Assembly (NCBI RefSeq): GCF_030028105.1 | Contig: NC_092379.1 | Coordinates: 102,910,408 to 102,974,407 of the forward strand | Direction of reading: 5' to 3' | DNA length: 64,000 nucleotides | From: Mobula birostris | Lineage: Eukaryota | Part shown: one piece after another, positions 1 through 42,239 of the stretch | Layout: the number at the start of each line of letters is the position of its first letter | Numbering within the stretch: position 1 is the first letter of the stretch | Translations under genes and position numbers: made by a program | Notes under the pieces: generated by a model | Seen by the model: only the letters and a program-made list of their open reading frames with translations | Told to the model about the DNA's origin: nothing | Databases searched by the model: none

Positions 1-334
1 TTGCAGTCTTTTAGATAATCTCTTAATGGTTTCTCTTGCTGAGGCACATCACTTTACACTCCCATTTGCCAGTCATCTGCCCACTTAAACTCAAATTGCA
101 GAATCTTTATCTTATAGTATCTTTATCACAATGTGCAGTAGCGCCTATTTCTATATCATTGGCAAAACTTGTTCACTGTTCCTTCAACCAGATCATGAAC
201 AACTGTAGGCCAAGAACTGGTCGCTGCAGTACTCCACTAGTTACTTTCTTCTAGTTTGAAAAGGACCTATTTATTCCAACTCTCATCTAACTGTATTCAA
301 GTAAAGAAACTGAAGCTTTTTTTTTTTTACAGTT

Positions 335-600
335 CCTTGATACCACAAGGCTACTAAACAGCTTCCTCCCACAGGCAGTCAGACTGCTAAATAGCTGCTG
401 TACCTGACTCTGCTTTGGACACTTATAACTTGATTTTAAATGACATGTGGCTGTTGTGTTTTACTATTTATTGTTATGCTTATTATTTAGTGTTGTGTTT
501 GTTATGTTATGATTGCACTGCTCCTGGGAAGCACTGTCTCATTCTGCCCTGCAGAGCTGATGTACGGTTAGAATGACAATAAAGTTTTTTGAATCTTGAA
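335..600 (+). mobile_element. Rex1/Babar-type LINE 3' end
   Basis: Encodes TTRLLNSFLPQAVRLLN; ends gacaataaag...gaatcttgaa. Confidence 0.7.
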
Positions 601-998
601 TAATCATTTGAGTGTAAGATGAATGAGGAAAAATGAATTAAGTTTGCACTTACATTGTCCATAATCTTATGGCAGAATAATATTGAGGAATTGGATCTAC
701 TTTTGATTTTGTGATGCTGAATAAAGGTAATCCCATCTTTTATTGATTACTCACTCCCTTGCTCTCCAAAACTCATGCGCCCTAATAATGTTTGTGAAAA
801 CAATCTAAAATTGAAAACAAAGATGAACAAAATACTACTGTATGTTGGCACTACTTTTGAGGTTCTTTGATTTGTGGGTTTGTCATTTTGCTTTTTTGAA
901 CTTTTCTAATTGCACTATATTTGTAATTTATACAATTGCTGAAAATATTTAAATGAAAGCTGAGTGATTGTGATTTTTTTTTTTTTTGGATATCATAG

Positions 999-29705
<28,707 letters not shown>

Positions 29706-31500
29706 AACTCCATTTGTAAAGTATGGCAAATTAACATGTGAAGACTGATCTGCACTCTTGGCTCCAAGACTTCCTTGGCAATGATTGTTTTAGATTTTTA
29801 AGATGAGAAATTCTGGCAATAATGGAATTTCATACCAACGCAGAGTGACTGAAGATTGGAGCCAGTTCATTGGAAGAATTTTTTTTTATTTGAACTGAAC
29901 TGTGAAAACAGAATTGGCCCAAACATACCCTGTGCAGAAATGCAACTTATTTAAATTGAGTAGTGGTATTCTAGTGGATGAAAATGAAAATATTTGTAAT
30001 ATTTAACTAAGACTTCAGACTTGTGATTTGATGTTAAAAATCTGATATTAGCAAATCGTTGCTGTACAAATGGATGGCAGAGGCTTCCTTTTGAATGTCA
30101 GAAGGAGGAGGCCTGATGGTCAGATAAGTTTATTAAGGCCTTATAATAACACTTTAAAGAGGTGGCATTATGTTTTTACCTGTCTGTCAAATTATTTTTA
30201 TACACCATAGGCTCCCTTTCATGGTAGCCTTTGTGCTCTTTGCCTTGCAGGCTTCTTGGTTGCAAAATCTGTGTTTGTGCTGAAAATTTGCTTTCAATAT
30301 GAAAAGGAAGTGTGCCAAATGAACAATTTAACTTTGTTGCTATTTGCTCCAGGTCTTCAAATGTTGTCGCCGGATTACCAGTTGTCCTATGGTGGCTCAC
30401 ATATGCATTTGGATGAATTTAATTGTGTCAGACACAAACTCAAATGATGCAATGAAATGCATTTCCTTATCTGTCCCATAAATTTGAATGAAGCTGTAGT
30501 ATGCGTTTCTTTGCATGACCATGCAGGTGTAATAATTGTATGGAGTAGCAGTGCAACAGCTGTCGCTGAGGTCTGAAATGAAGTTTTGAAGACTGACCCA
30601 GTGCAGGAACCATTTGGAATAATTAAAAGCAGTTAATCGGGAGAGTGGTTGTTCTTCTGCCTCACTGAATGGACTCATTTGATTTTTATAGGATCATTTG
30701 TGAAGGGCTAAGGGTTAGCCCCCAGGTAAGTATTTCATCTGTTATTAATATTATGTAGATTTAGCAGCATTCTACAGTTTTCTCATTTTACATATTCAAT
30801 TGGTGGAAAAGCTTTGTGGGTGTATTTGGAAGATTTTCTTTTGCTCTCAGTTTACATGTTCTTAGGTATAACCAAACTGTTTTCAGAGTTGATTCTCAGG
30901 TCTGCATCAAGAGTTACTTCAACTTGAGGCTTCATCACTTCAACTTGATGGTTAATTGATTTGCTGGGAGATGGGAGAAACCATGATTGTAAATATTAAC
31001 CTTAGATTCTCCCTCTTGTTGCTCATCCAAAAGTTTCATAAAATGATATTAAACAGAGTCCAGTTAGTTTAATATATAATGAAACCAGATTTTAGCAGCT
31101 GGAATTCCCAAGCACCTCTAGTGGGGAGAGAGATAATGTCTGGTTCATATTGTTTAGTGGATTGATAACTTTATTTAACAAAAATAAACAGTGATATGGT
31201 TTGTACTGAAGCTGAGAGATATGACAACATATACGGGTGAGCATATTCTAAAAAGTCGTTCACTTGGGTATGAAGTAATAATACGCACGAGGTGGTTATT
31301 TTTACTTGTAGATTTTTTTAAAAGATTCTTGATTATCAGCTATTTTAACGTGCATCTTATTCATATTTTGTTGCTAAAAAGACTTCCTCCAATTTTGGAA
31401 TTGTTTGCGTTTCAGGCTGTTTAAGTATGAAGCTGTAAATACATGTGAATGAGAATCTAATGTATCTGCATACAATAATAAAGCAGTTGAATGCTTCTCC
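29706..31500 (+). other. OGT: OGT 3'UTR (about 1.8 kb, no recognisable transposon)
   Basis: Unique sequence from the stop codon to the AATAAA; two Pumilio-type TGTAAATA motifs at 30988 and 31434. Confidence 0.7.
31477..31482 (+). terminator. Probable OGT polyadenylation signal AATAAA
   Basis: Upstream TGTA motifs and a downstream T/GT-rich tract at ~31509-31565; repeats resume after ~31700. Confidence 0.7.
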
Positions 31501-31697
31501 AGATGCCTTTGATTTCTTTATTGTTATTTATATGTGTGATCTTTGTCACTGACATTTTTTATTTGAAATCAGTTAAATATTTACCCATTTATACAGTACT
31601 ATTATAATATTTGGCAGGTAAACACAGATAAAAATTCCTGCCACTTCAGCTCTGAAATTTGCTAAGCTGCTTTTTCTGCAAATTTTTTCTACCATAC

Positions 31698-31934
31698 AGC
31701 ATCGGACTTCGGGACGAAAGGTCCCGAGTTCGAATCCAGCCGGCTCCCCTGCACACTTTCCATCCATGCTGGGTTACGAGCTGGTGATCTCTTTGGAAAC
31801 TCATGCGGCAGAAGGCAATGGCAAACCACTGCTGTAACTTGCTTCATACACGGTTCCCCACTACGTCAGAGAGGCATGGAGGGAAATCGTCCGCTAACCG
31901 GAGAAACTCCGGATGCGACGTACCTTTCCTTTCC
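31698..31934 (+). mobile_element. tRNA-derived SINE, 5'-truncated, with a different 3' half
   Basis: B box GAGTTCGAATCC; shares ctttccatcc.tgc.gggtt with the 26292 SINE; (CCTTT)n tail. Confidence 0.75.
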
Positions 31935-32464
31935 ATTACTCTACAAGGGACTCTGATGATAGTTAAATGTCCATGTACATTGAGTACACAAACAAGTAAC
32001 CAACAGAAGTTTTGTTACAAAAGTTGATTGTCATATCTACGTGCCTTTAAAATGTTGTCATTTCAGATTAATAAAGCGCCTGCACCAGAAATTAAGTGAG
32101 CTCAAAACTTCATCTCAAAGTCAATTCTGACACTGAGATGGTAAATGAAATGGTTCAGTTATGGCCATTTGCCACAGTGTCTGTGGCTTGAGGTTGATTA
32201 TGATTGATTGGGATCAAATATGAAAAATTTGGTGTTTCCAGTGTTTGGAGGAGGTATGTGCTAAGCTAATGGATGTGTAATGAAGGGGTATTCTGAAAGC
32301 ATATGGTGTGTATGTGGCAACTAATCCTATGTTTTCGGATGACATTGCCAAGGACACAAATGTATTGCTATTGGTTTATTGTCACATGGACCAAGATAGT
32401 GGGAAAACCTGCCCTACATATTATTTATACAGATCAAATCATTACATGGTACATTGAGCTATGT

Positions 32465-33565
32465 CACGATGCTGTTCATTGACTATAGCTCAGCGTTTAA
32501 CACAGTCATTCCCACAGTCCTGATAGATAAGCTACAGAACCTGAACCTCTGTACCTCCCTTTGCAGTTGGATCCTCCACTTACTTAACCGGAAGACCACA
32601 ATCTTTGCGGATTGGTAATAATATCTCTTCATCACTGATGTTCAACACTGGCGCACTTCTGGAATGTGTGCTTAGCCCACTGCTCTACTCTCAGTATACC
32701 CATGACTGTGTGGCTAGGTTAGCTCAAATTCCATTTATAAATTTGCTAATGATACAACCATCGTTGGCAGAATCTCAAATGGAGACGAGAGGGCATACAG
32801 GAGCAAAATGTACCTATTGTTGAGTGGTGTTGCAGTGACAACATTGCAGTCAATGTCAGTAAGACCGAAGGGCTGATTGTGGACTCAAGGAAGGGTAAGA
32901 TATTTGAACACAAACCAATCTTCATAGAGGGATCAGTAGTGGAGACATGGAGCAATCTCAAGTTCCTTGGTGTCAAGATCTGAGGATCTAATCTGGTCCC
33001 AACATAACAATGCAGCTATAAAGGTAAAGTGGTGGCTATATTCCATTAGGAATTTGCGGAGATTTGGTTTGTCACCTAAAACGAGAATTTTGACAGAACT
33101 ATGGAGAGCGTTCCGACAGGCTGCATCACTGTCTATTTATGAGGAAGCTACTGCACAGGATTGAAAGAAGCTACAGAAAGCTGCAAAATTAGACACAGCT
33201 CCATCTTGGGTACTGACCTCCATAGTATCCAAGACATCTTCAAAGAGTGGTGCCTCGGAAAGGCAGCATCTATTATTAAGGATCCCCCATCACCCAGGAC
33301 ACGCCTGCTTATTGTTACCATCAGTAAGGAGGTACAGAAGGCACACACTCAACAATTCAGGAACAGCTGCTTCCCCTCTGCCACCCAACTCCTAAATGGA
33401 CATTGAACACTACCTCACCTTTTTAAATATCTGTTTTTACACTTTTTAATTTTAACTAATATACATATATACTTAATTGATTTTTTTGTTCTGTATTATC
33501 CATGTATTGTACTGTTGTTGCTAAGGTAACAGGTTTCACAACACATGCCAGTGATATTAAACCTG
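32465..33565 (+). mobile_element. Rex1/Babar LINE, degraded
   Basis: NTGA...CVLSPLLYSQYTHDCV; SIIKDP; FRNSCFPSA. Confidence 0.85.
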
Positions 33566-33579
33566 AAATAGTGTACCTG

Positions 33580-35423
33580 GTGTCACAATAATAGACAAAC
33601 ACAATTTGCCTAAACTAAACACAAACAATTGTACTTCTCATCAATACTGAGTACACCATTTAAGCAATCACAATCTAGGTTTAAAAAAAAGTATGTGAAT
33701 TTCTGGGGTAATACCTTCTACAAAAGCTATTTGGAGTCAGGTGTTCCAATCAGTGAGAAAAGATTGGAGTTGTGGGTTGTAGAGGTGCCCTTACTAAATT
33801 AAACATGCAGTCTGGCTTCTGACATAGCCTGCTCTTCTCAAGAAAGATGTGTTTCTGTGCACCACGCCTCGATCAAATCAACTTTTGGAGGACCTTAGAA
33901 GAATTGCAGAGATGCATGACACTGGAAAAGGCTACAAAAGCATTTCTAAAGTCTCGAGTGTTCATCAGTCCAATTAAGAGAAACTTGACTACAAATGGAT
34001 GAAACTCAGTACTGTTGCTACTCTTCCTACAAGTGGGTGTCCTGCAAAGATCACACAAAGAGCACAGCATACAATGCTGAAGGAGGTGAAAGAACCCAAG
34101 GGTAATAATAAAAGACCTGCAAAAATCTCTAGAACTTGCTAAAGTCTCTGTTCATGTATCCATATAACAAAAACTGAGTAAGAATGGTGTTCATGGAAGG
34201 ACAACATGCAGGAAACCACTGCTCTCCAAATAAAAACTGCACATCTCAAGTTTGCAACAAAAAAAAACCTGGATGTTCCACAACACTTCTGAAACATTGC
34301 TTTGTGGACAGATAAGACAAAGGATGAACTTTTTGGCAGAAAAGCACATCGCTGTTTGGAGGAAAAAGGGCACTGCACACCAACACCAAAACCTCATCCC
34401 AACTGTGAAGCAAGGTATGAAAGGAGCATCATGGCTTGGGGCTGCTTTGCTGCATCAGGGCCTGGATAGCAGGTCAATGGATTTGGGTTTGAGAGGGTGA
34501 ACATCATGTTTTGGATTCCTTGGCATCCACATCCCCAAGGACCCCACATGGTCTGTACACAGTAGCTGTGTGGTGAAAAAGGCACGACAGCACTTCTTTC
34601 ACCGCAGACGGTTGAAAAAGTTTGGTATGGGCCTCCAAATCCTAAAAACTTTCTACAGTGGCATCCTGACTGGCTGCATCACTGTGTGGTATAGGAACTG
34701 TACCTCCCTTAATTGCAGAACTCTGCAGAGAGTGGTGCAGACACCCCAGCGCATCTGTAGTTGTGAACTTTCCATGATTCAGGACGTATACAATGGCAGG
34801 TGTGTAAAAGGGGTCCGTAGGATCATTGGGGACTTAGTTATCCCAACCACAATCTATTCTAGCTGCTACCATCTGGGAAACGGTACCGCAGCATAAAAGC
34901 CAGGACCGACAGGCTCCGGGACAGCTTTTTCCACCAGGCCATCAGACTGAATAAATCACGCTGATTTGAGTGTATTCCATGTTACGTTGACTTCTATTTA
35001 TAAATTACTGTACATTTAGACAGAGACATGTGAAGATTTTTACTCATGTATGTGAAGAATGTAAGAAATAGTCGATTCAATTCAAATTCAATCATTGAGG
35101 GAACAATGAACTAAAATTCCTCGTTCCCATTGTGAAAGTCTGATCAGCGGCTACAGAAAATGTTTGGTGGAAGTTATTGCTGCTAAGGGAGGTTCTACCA
35201 GTTATTCAATACAAGGGTTCCCATACTTTTTCCAGCCTGGACTGTGAATGATTAAGCAGTGTGTTCAATAAAGACATGAAAAGTACAATTGTTTGTCTGT
35301 TATTAGTTTTGGCAGGTTGTGTTTGTCTATTATTGTGACTTGGATGAAGATCAGGCATTTTATGAGTAATTAAAGCAGAAACTGGGTAATTGCAAAGGGT
35401 TCACAAACTTTTACTTGCAACTG
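33580..35423 (+). mobile_element. Tc1-like (long inverted repeat type) transposon, decayed, with a nested Rex1 fragment (~34470-35090)
   Basis: 33580-33660 is the inverted copy of 35260-35340; right end CAACTG-TA; VWRKKGTAHQHQNLIPTVK. Confidence 0.85.
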
Positions 35424-35483
35424 TAGTTTCCCATTGAGCAATACACTTTTGAATTGACTTAATGAACTACAGATTTCATATGC

Positions 35484-36091
35484 TCTGGCATTCATAGCAA
35501 GAGGATTCGAGTACGGGAGCAGGAAGGCACTACTGCAGTTGTACAAGGCCTCGGTGAGACCACACCTGGAGTATTGTGTGCAGTTTTGGTCCCCTAATCT
35601 GAGGAAAGACATTCTGGCTATAGAGGGAGTACAAAGAAGGTTCACCAGATTGATTCCTGGGATGGCAGGACTTTCATATGATGAAAGACTGGATGGACTA
35701 TATTCACTGGAATTTAGAAAATTGAGGAGAGATATTGAAACGTATAAAATTCTAAAGGGATTGGACAGGCTAGATGCAGGAAGATTGTTCTTGATGTTGG
35801 GGAAGTCCAGAACGAGGGGTCGCAGTTTAAGGATAAAGGGGAAGCCTTTTAGGGCTGAGATGAGGAAAAACTTCTTCACACAGAGAGTGGTGAATCTGTG
35901 GAATTCTCTGCCACAGGAAACAGTTGAGGCCAGTTCATTAGCTATATTTAAGAGGGAGTTAGATATGGCCCTTGTATGGAGAGAAGGCAGGTACAGGGTT
36001 CTGAGTTGGATTATCAGCCATGATCATACTGAATGGCGGTATAGGTTCGAAGGGCCGAATGGCCTACTCCATCTATTTTCTATGTTTCTAT
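35484..36091 (+). mobile_element. CR1 3' end, same subfamily as 4418 and 9473
   Basis: ORF 35539..36093; ctatgtttctatg tail. Confidence 0.93.
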
Positions 36092-36299
36092 GATCTTCTG
36101 GAGGACTCAGCACGCTTAACTCTCAAGCAAGCAGGTATAGCACCTTTGTGTAGATGAAAGTTTATTGCCCTTGCTGGATGCGAGCAGGAGGGTGTGGACT
36201 CCAAGCTGGGCTGATACGCAGAGAGATGAGACCCCTCACACAACATAACAGCAAGATTGCCCTATTTTAGGGAAATGAGGGATTGTTGTGTTCTGTGTT

Positions 36300-37775
36300 T
36301 TACCGAGTTTTAACTTAAGAGTACGCCAGATATGGCAATCAGATCCAAAGGCTTCTCGATACACAGGATGTACTGAGCTGCTTATTTGAAAAAGGCAAAA
36401 AGGTTGAGGCGTGTATTTGATGATAAACACTATGGTGCTCCAATGTGCTGTTCTTGTCATACTAGTGTTGTTCCGACCTCGAACACCCATTTACCAAGAG
36501 AGTTCTCCATGATCCCAACTGCAGTTTACACACCACCAGCAGTTGACTGTAATCAAGCACTTGAGATACTGCACGGTGCCAACACCAAACAAACAGTCCA
36601 CCCTCTGAATTTCAAATCATAGTCCGGAATTTCAATCAAGCTTGCTTTGAAGAAATCACTGCCCAATTATTATCAGCAAATAATCTGTAGCACCAGAGGT
36701 CCTAACACACTAGACCACTGTTATACTAAGATAAGGGATATCTAGTGTTCCATGCCCAGACTGCATTTTGGGAAATTGGTCACTTGGTTGTCCTCCTCTT
36801 ACCTGCATACCGGCAGAGGTTAAAGAGCAAGGCTCCAGATATTAGAACAATGAAGACGTGGTCACAGGAGTGAGTGGCTACGGGATTGCTTCAAATTGGT
36901 GGACCGGGCTGTTTTCTTCAAGGACTCCTCTGTGGATCTCAATGAGTTCACCCCAGTTGCCATGGGCTTTATATCAAAACAGTTGCAGATGAGTGTGTCA
37001 CCTCAAAATTATTCAGAGTCTTCTCCAACCAGAAGCCCTGGATGAACCATAAGGCTATGTGCTTAGCCCCCTGCTCTACTTGTTTTAACTTACGAGTGTG
37101 TGGCTAAGCTCCAATGCCTTACTTAAGTTTGCTTATGACACCACTGTTGGCCAAATCAAAGGTGGTGATGAATCTGCATATAGGAGAGAGATTGAAATTC
37201 TGGCTGAGTGGAGCCACAACAACATCCTCTTATTCAATATCAGCAAGACCAAGGAGATGATTATTGCCTTCAGCAAGTGTGTAGCAGCACCTCTACTTAG
37301 GAGTTTGCGAAGATTTGGCATGACATTTAAAACTTTGACTATTTTCTATAGATGTGTATTGGAGAGTACATTGATGGGCTGCATTGCAGCCTGGTATGGA
37401 AACACCAATGCCCTTGAACAGAAGATCCTACAAAAAGTAGTGGATATGGCCCAATCCATTCCTACTGTTAAGCACATCTATACGGAGTGCTGTCGCATGA
37501 AAGCAGCATCCATCATCACGGACCCCCATCACCCTTGTTTGCTCTCCTACCTGTTGCTATCAGGAAGAAGGTACAGGAGCCTCAGGACTCTCGCCACTAT
37601 GTTCAGGAATAGTTGTTACCCCTCAGACATCAGGCTCTTGAACCAGAGGGGATAACTTCACTTGCCCCATCACTGAACTGATCACACAACCTATGGACTC
37701 ACTGTCAAAGACGCTTCATCTCATGTTCAGTTTATTGGTGATTTATTTATGATTAATTTCTCTTTTATATTTGCA
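36300..37775 (+). mobile_element. Rex1/Babar LINE, internally deleted
   Basis: ORF 37098..37655 KFAYDTTV..GDESAYRREI; upstream AVYTPP and LDHCY endonuclease remnants. Confidence 0.8.
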
Positions 37776-37789
37776 GAGTTTGTCCAGCA

Positions 37790-37980
37790 GCCCCCAATCT
37801 AACCCTAGCCTAATGACAGAACAATTTACTGTAACCAGTTAACCTACCAATCGGTGCACCTTTGGACTGTGGGGTTAAACCAGAACAGCTGGAGGAAACC
37901 CAGGTGGTTGCGAGTAGAAAGTAGAAATTCCCTACAGGCAGTGGCGGGAATTGAATTCGGGTCACTGGTACTGTAAAACA
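37790..37980 (-). mobile_element. V-SINE/HE1-like SINE
   Basis: tttggactgtggg..aaacc..gaggaaaccca core and B-box remnant; related copies at ~17930-18010 and ~63000-63180. Confidence 0.6.
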
Positions 37981-38288
37981 TGTGCTGCCTTTCTGTTTGA
38001 TGGGAGAGTGTAGTAAAAAAAATGTCCAGGTGGGTGGGTCTTTGATTATGCTGGATGCTTGACTGAGACAGTAAGAAGTTTAGACAGCCCATAGAGGGGA
38101 GGCTGCTTACTGTGATGTGCTGAGCTGTGTTGACAACCCAATGCCTTGACTTGTTCTTGGTGCAGGAAATGGGGCAGGAAAAGGTCACCATTAGTGTCAC
38201 CAAATTAATATGAGTAAAAAAAATACATTTTTGGTTATCTTGCTGTTGACATATGGACATAATTTGGAACAAGTGAAATGTAATACTA

Positions 38289-39771
38289 TAGTGCCTTGAA
38301 AAGGTATTTAGCTCCCACAATTATTTTGCCTCAAAATTGTGAGGCTGAAAAAGTATTCATCCCCTTTGTAATTATTATGCTAACTTTCCTCAGTTTGAAT
38401 ACAGTGTATTGCCTTACCAACTCACCCAATGTGTGTGTGTGTTCGTCCATCACGTCGATGAGGACCTCAACACCATTATGATGATGTTGAGACAAGCGCG
38501 TGGTTTGGATTTAAGTGAGGGAGAGTTGCGCAGTGTCAGCCTCAGTCTGTCCTCCCAATTCCCTCTCTCTATAAGGTCCAACGGTATGGTAGATTTTCAA
38601 CAGACCAAATCAAAATGAAGTCAAAAAAGCAGTCAAGGCAATTCAGGGAAATGATAATAGAGAAGCACAAAATTGGGGAAGGGTACAAGACCATCTCAAA
38701 GGCACTGAACAAACCACAGAGCTCCATGTAGTTCATCATGGAAAAAATATGAAATGACAGCCATATTGTGTTGGTCAGACTGCCCCTCTAAACTTGGTCA
38801 CCAGAGAAGAATGACACTTATAAGAGAGGCTACTGTGACACCAACAGTCACTGAGTGAGCTGCAGAAATCAGTGTCTGCAACTGGAGATGAAGTTCATGG
38901 CCCCACAATCTCTAAAAGCCTTGCATAAAAAGGGGTATTTAAGGAATGACAAGGAAGAAGCCCTGGCTAAAGAAAGATGTCCTTGCCTGTAAAGACTTTG
39001 TAAAGTGTCACTTAGAAGATACAATGAAGATGTAGAAGAAGGGTTTGTGGTTAGATGAGACTAAAGTGGAACTTTTTCACATCAACATTAAGTGGTATGT
39101 GTGGTGTAAACCTAATACCGTGCAATAAACCATGAAACACCATCACTATGACCCTTTCAGCAGCAGGGACTGGAAATCTAGTCAGGATTGATGGGACAAT
39201 TGATGTTGCTTAGTACAGGGTGTTCCTGGATAAAAACTTGCTAGCCTCTGCCAGAAAGATTAAACTGGGCAGGAAGTTTGTCTTTCAGCAGGACAACAAC
39301 CCAAAGCACACTATCAGAGCAACTATGGAGTGGCTTCAAATGAAGAAAATTGATGTTTTTGAATGGCAGAGTCAGATCCTGACCTTAACCTAATCAAATA
39401 TATCTTGCAAGACCTCAAGACTGCTGTACACCACTGCTCCCTAACTAACCTGGCACAGCTTGAGCAAGTTTGCAAGGAGGAATGGGTAAATCTTGCTCCA
39501 TCACATTGTGCAAAGCTAATAGTCTTATCTGTAATAGCTGCAAGAAATGGTTTAACTATGTACTGAGCAAAGGGGGATGAATACTTATGAACTGATACCA
39601 TTTCATTTTTGAATGTTTAGTTTTTCTGTCTTTTTTGGGGGGCTCTATTATAGGGAAAAGGAGTATGTGATTCACAAACAAAAATTCTCAATTAAATTGA
39701 TCAAAATCCTCTATGTAATACTTATTTATGTGAATAAAGGGCTGGGGGCTGAATACTTTTACAAGGCACTG
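38289..39771 (+). mobile_element. Tc1-like IR/DR transposon, decayed
   Basis: TA-(T)AGTGCCTTGAAAAGGTATT...AATACTTTTACAAGGCACTG-TA; inner repeats at ~38347 and ~39570; [15 protein letters not shown]. Confidence 0.9.
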
Positions 39772-40365
39772 TAGATACTTTAAGATAACATTGTTTGGGC
39801 GTATTCTGGAGTTAAATGAATATGGCAGATATTAATTCAAACGAGAACCAGGTTCAGTTCTTATTGTGAATGTAATTAAGTTCAGGAAGCTTGCAATTAG
39901 TCTTAATTTGTTTTGTAAATTTCAAGCAATAAATTGAAGCTAAAAGCACAGGCTGCTCCACAGACAATGAGGTTGTGTTAATTGTTTTGCATCAAACTAG
40001 GCAACATAGCTAAATTACTTGGACCATTGTGACTAGAGTGCAAGTTGGCAGACTGGACAGATGTTGTTACTTAGCACATCAAACATGGTCACGGGTATAG
40101 GCAATCAATTGTGTTTGTGTACTTATCAATTTTGAGTGTCTGGAATTTCTGCCTCTATGTTTTTAGACGATTTGTGTGAATTACTCTGTGACAAAGGGGT
40201 TCAAACATTCAGACAACTGTCGCTGTAGATATGTAATTCAAAGGAAGCATTATGAACCCTAAATATTAAAGAAAACAATGTAATTGCAACTATTGAAACT
40301 GTATTGTATCAGTTATTGTTATCTTGGATATTAAGGGCATAAAAAAGTGATGTACCTTTACTGAG

Positions 40366-40471
40366 GTAAACACGAGGAATTCTGCAGATGCTGAAAATTC
40401 AAGCAACACACATCAAAGTTGCTGGTGAGCACAGCAGGCCAGGCAGCATCCCTAGGAAGCAGTACAGTCGA
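40366..40471 (-). mobile_element. 106-bp Penelope-type terminal-repeat insertion
   Basis: Perfect 10-bp TSD CTTTACTGAG (40356-40365 / 40472-40481); sequence matches the 3' part of the 26797 insert. Confidence 0.8.
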
Positions 40472-42239
40472 CTTTACTGAGAGTGTCTCTGTGAGAATCC
40501 CAGATCTTTGTGACGAGTAAGGACTTCTATCTTATCAGCTTCAGTGTTTCTCTGGTGACTTTGATCACAATTACAACAGTATTACCGTCATCAAATGTAG
40601 CAGACTGTCAGCATCCAAAAATATTATTTGTTCCTTTGCTGGTACTATACTTTGTTCAGGCGCATGATTAAAGGACCAGCAGTACTTCGTGGATATAATT
40701 TCTCCATGTACCTTTTGTGAAAAAAAGATTGAAGATTTTATATTGGTTTGCAATGGATGGTTAAGAACTGGTTAATCTGAAGTGCAGAGTTGATATCCAA
40801 GGAGAGTGTGGCTAACGATGTCAGCAAATGTTGGGATTGAGAAGGGTAACTGAGTGGTAACTAATTTTGAGAACACATTTAGGATTACAAAAATTTGGAA
40901 AGATTAATGAAACTTTTGTTTAATTGTTGTTCTGTGACAATGCTCCACGTAGATGCGCTTAATGGTGGGCAGAGTTTTACCCGTGATGGACTGCACCGTA
41001 TCCATGACTTGCAGGATTAAAGGCATTGATGTTTCTATACCAGGCTGTGATGCAGCCAATCAATATACTCTCCATCACACATCTATAGAAGTGGCAGGTT
41101 ACCACATTCTTCTTTGGCTCCAGTATAATTGAAGCCTGCTTGAAGGAAGATGGTGGAGAGTTGTTTTTCTCCAGATTGGAGGCCTGTGACCAGTGATATG
41201 CTGCAGGGATGTGTGTTGGACTGTGTTTACCAAATACTAAAAATTGGGTTGAGAACTTAGGTGGTATGATTAATAAGTCTGCATATGATGTTAATGCTGA
41301 TGGGAAAATGGAGAGTGAAGTAAGTTGTCTAAGGCTGTAATAAGATATAAAGCAATTGGGAAAATGGACAAGCAAGTTGCAAGTGGCATTTAAATCGGAC
41401 AACTTTAAGGCTGGGATGTATATATAGAATGGTTGGATCCAAGAACTTTTTGTTGAAAAGAACGATGGGATGGAATATGGTTCCCTGGAAGTAGCAGCAG
41501 GTACACTAGTTAGTGTAAAATGTATTAAATGTTAGATATTTACTACAAAATAAAAAATATTTGGCTAGGAAAACATGGAAAGGGAATCTTGATCTCAAGC
41601 GGGTAAATGGGATCTGTTTAGAGAAGAATCTTGCTTGGGTTGCAAGTCTTTTTCCAAGCTGTTAGATCATCTGGCAAATCATCACTACAATTTCGCAACA
41701 CTAATTGTGTTCTTTCTTATAGACGTTATGTATTAATTTTAGTGCTTGAATGTTATGTGCCCCGAGTAGCAACTAAGTTTTTCATTACACTTGCGCATAC
41801 ATGTACTCGTGCTTATGACAAGCTCTACTTTGAACCTAGTCCAGATGACAGAACATAAAACAAGATAGCACAGGGCTTTCAGCCCATAATGTTGCGCTGA
41901 ACTAGTTAGTGCAGACAGAAGGGGGATTGGGCTACTGTATCTATATATAATGCACCTTCGTGTGCCTAAGAGCCTCTTGAATGCATCTGCCTACACAACC
42001 AGCCCCCGCAGAGCATTCCAGGTACCCACGGCTCTGCAGAGGGCTGTACACTCAATCAACTCCATCACGGGCCCAATCCTCCCCACCATCGAGGTCATCT
42101 TTAAAAGGCAGTGCCATATGAAAGCAGCAACAATCATTAAGGACTCTCGCCATTTGAGACATGCCCTCTTCTCTTTACTACCATGAGGGGGGCGGTTCTG
42201 GAGCCTGAGGCTGTAATTTAAACCCTCCGCTGTCAGTCA

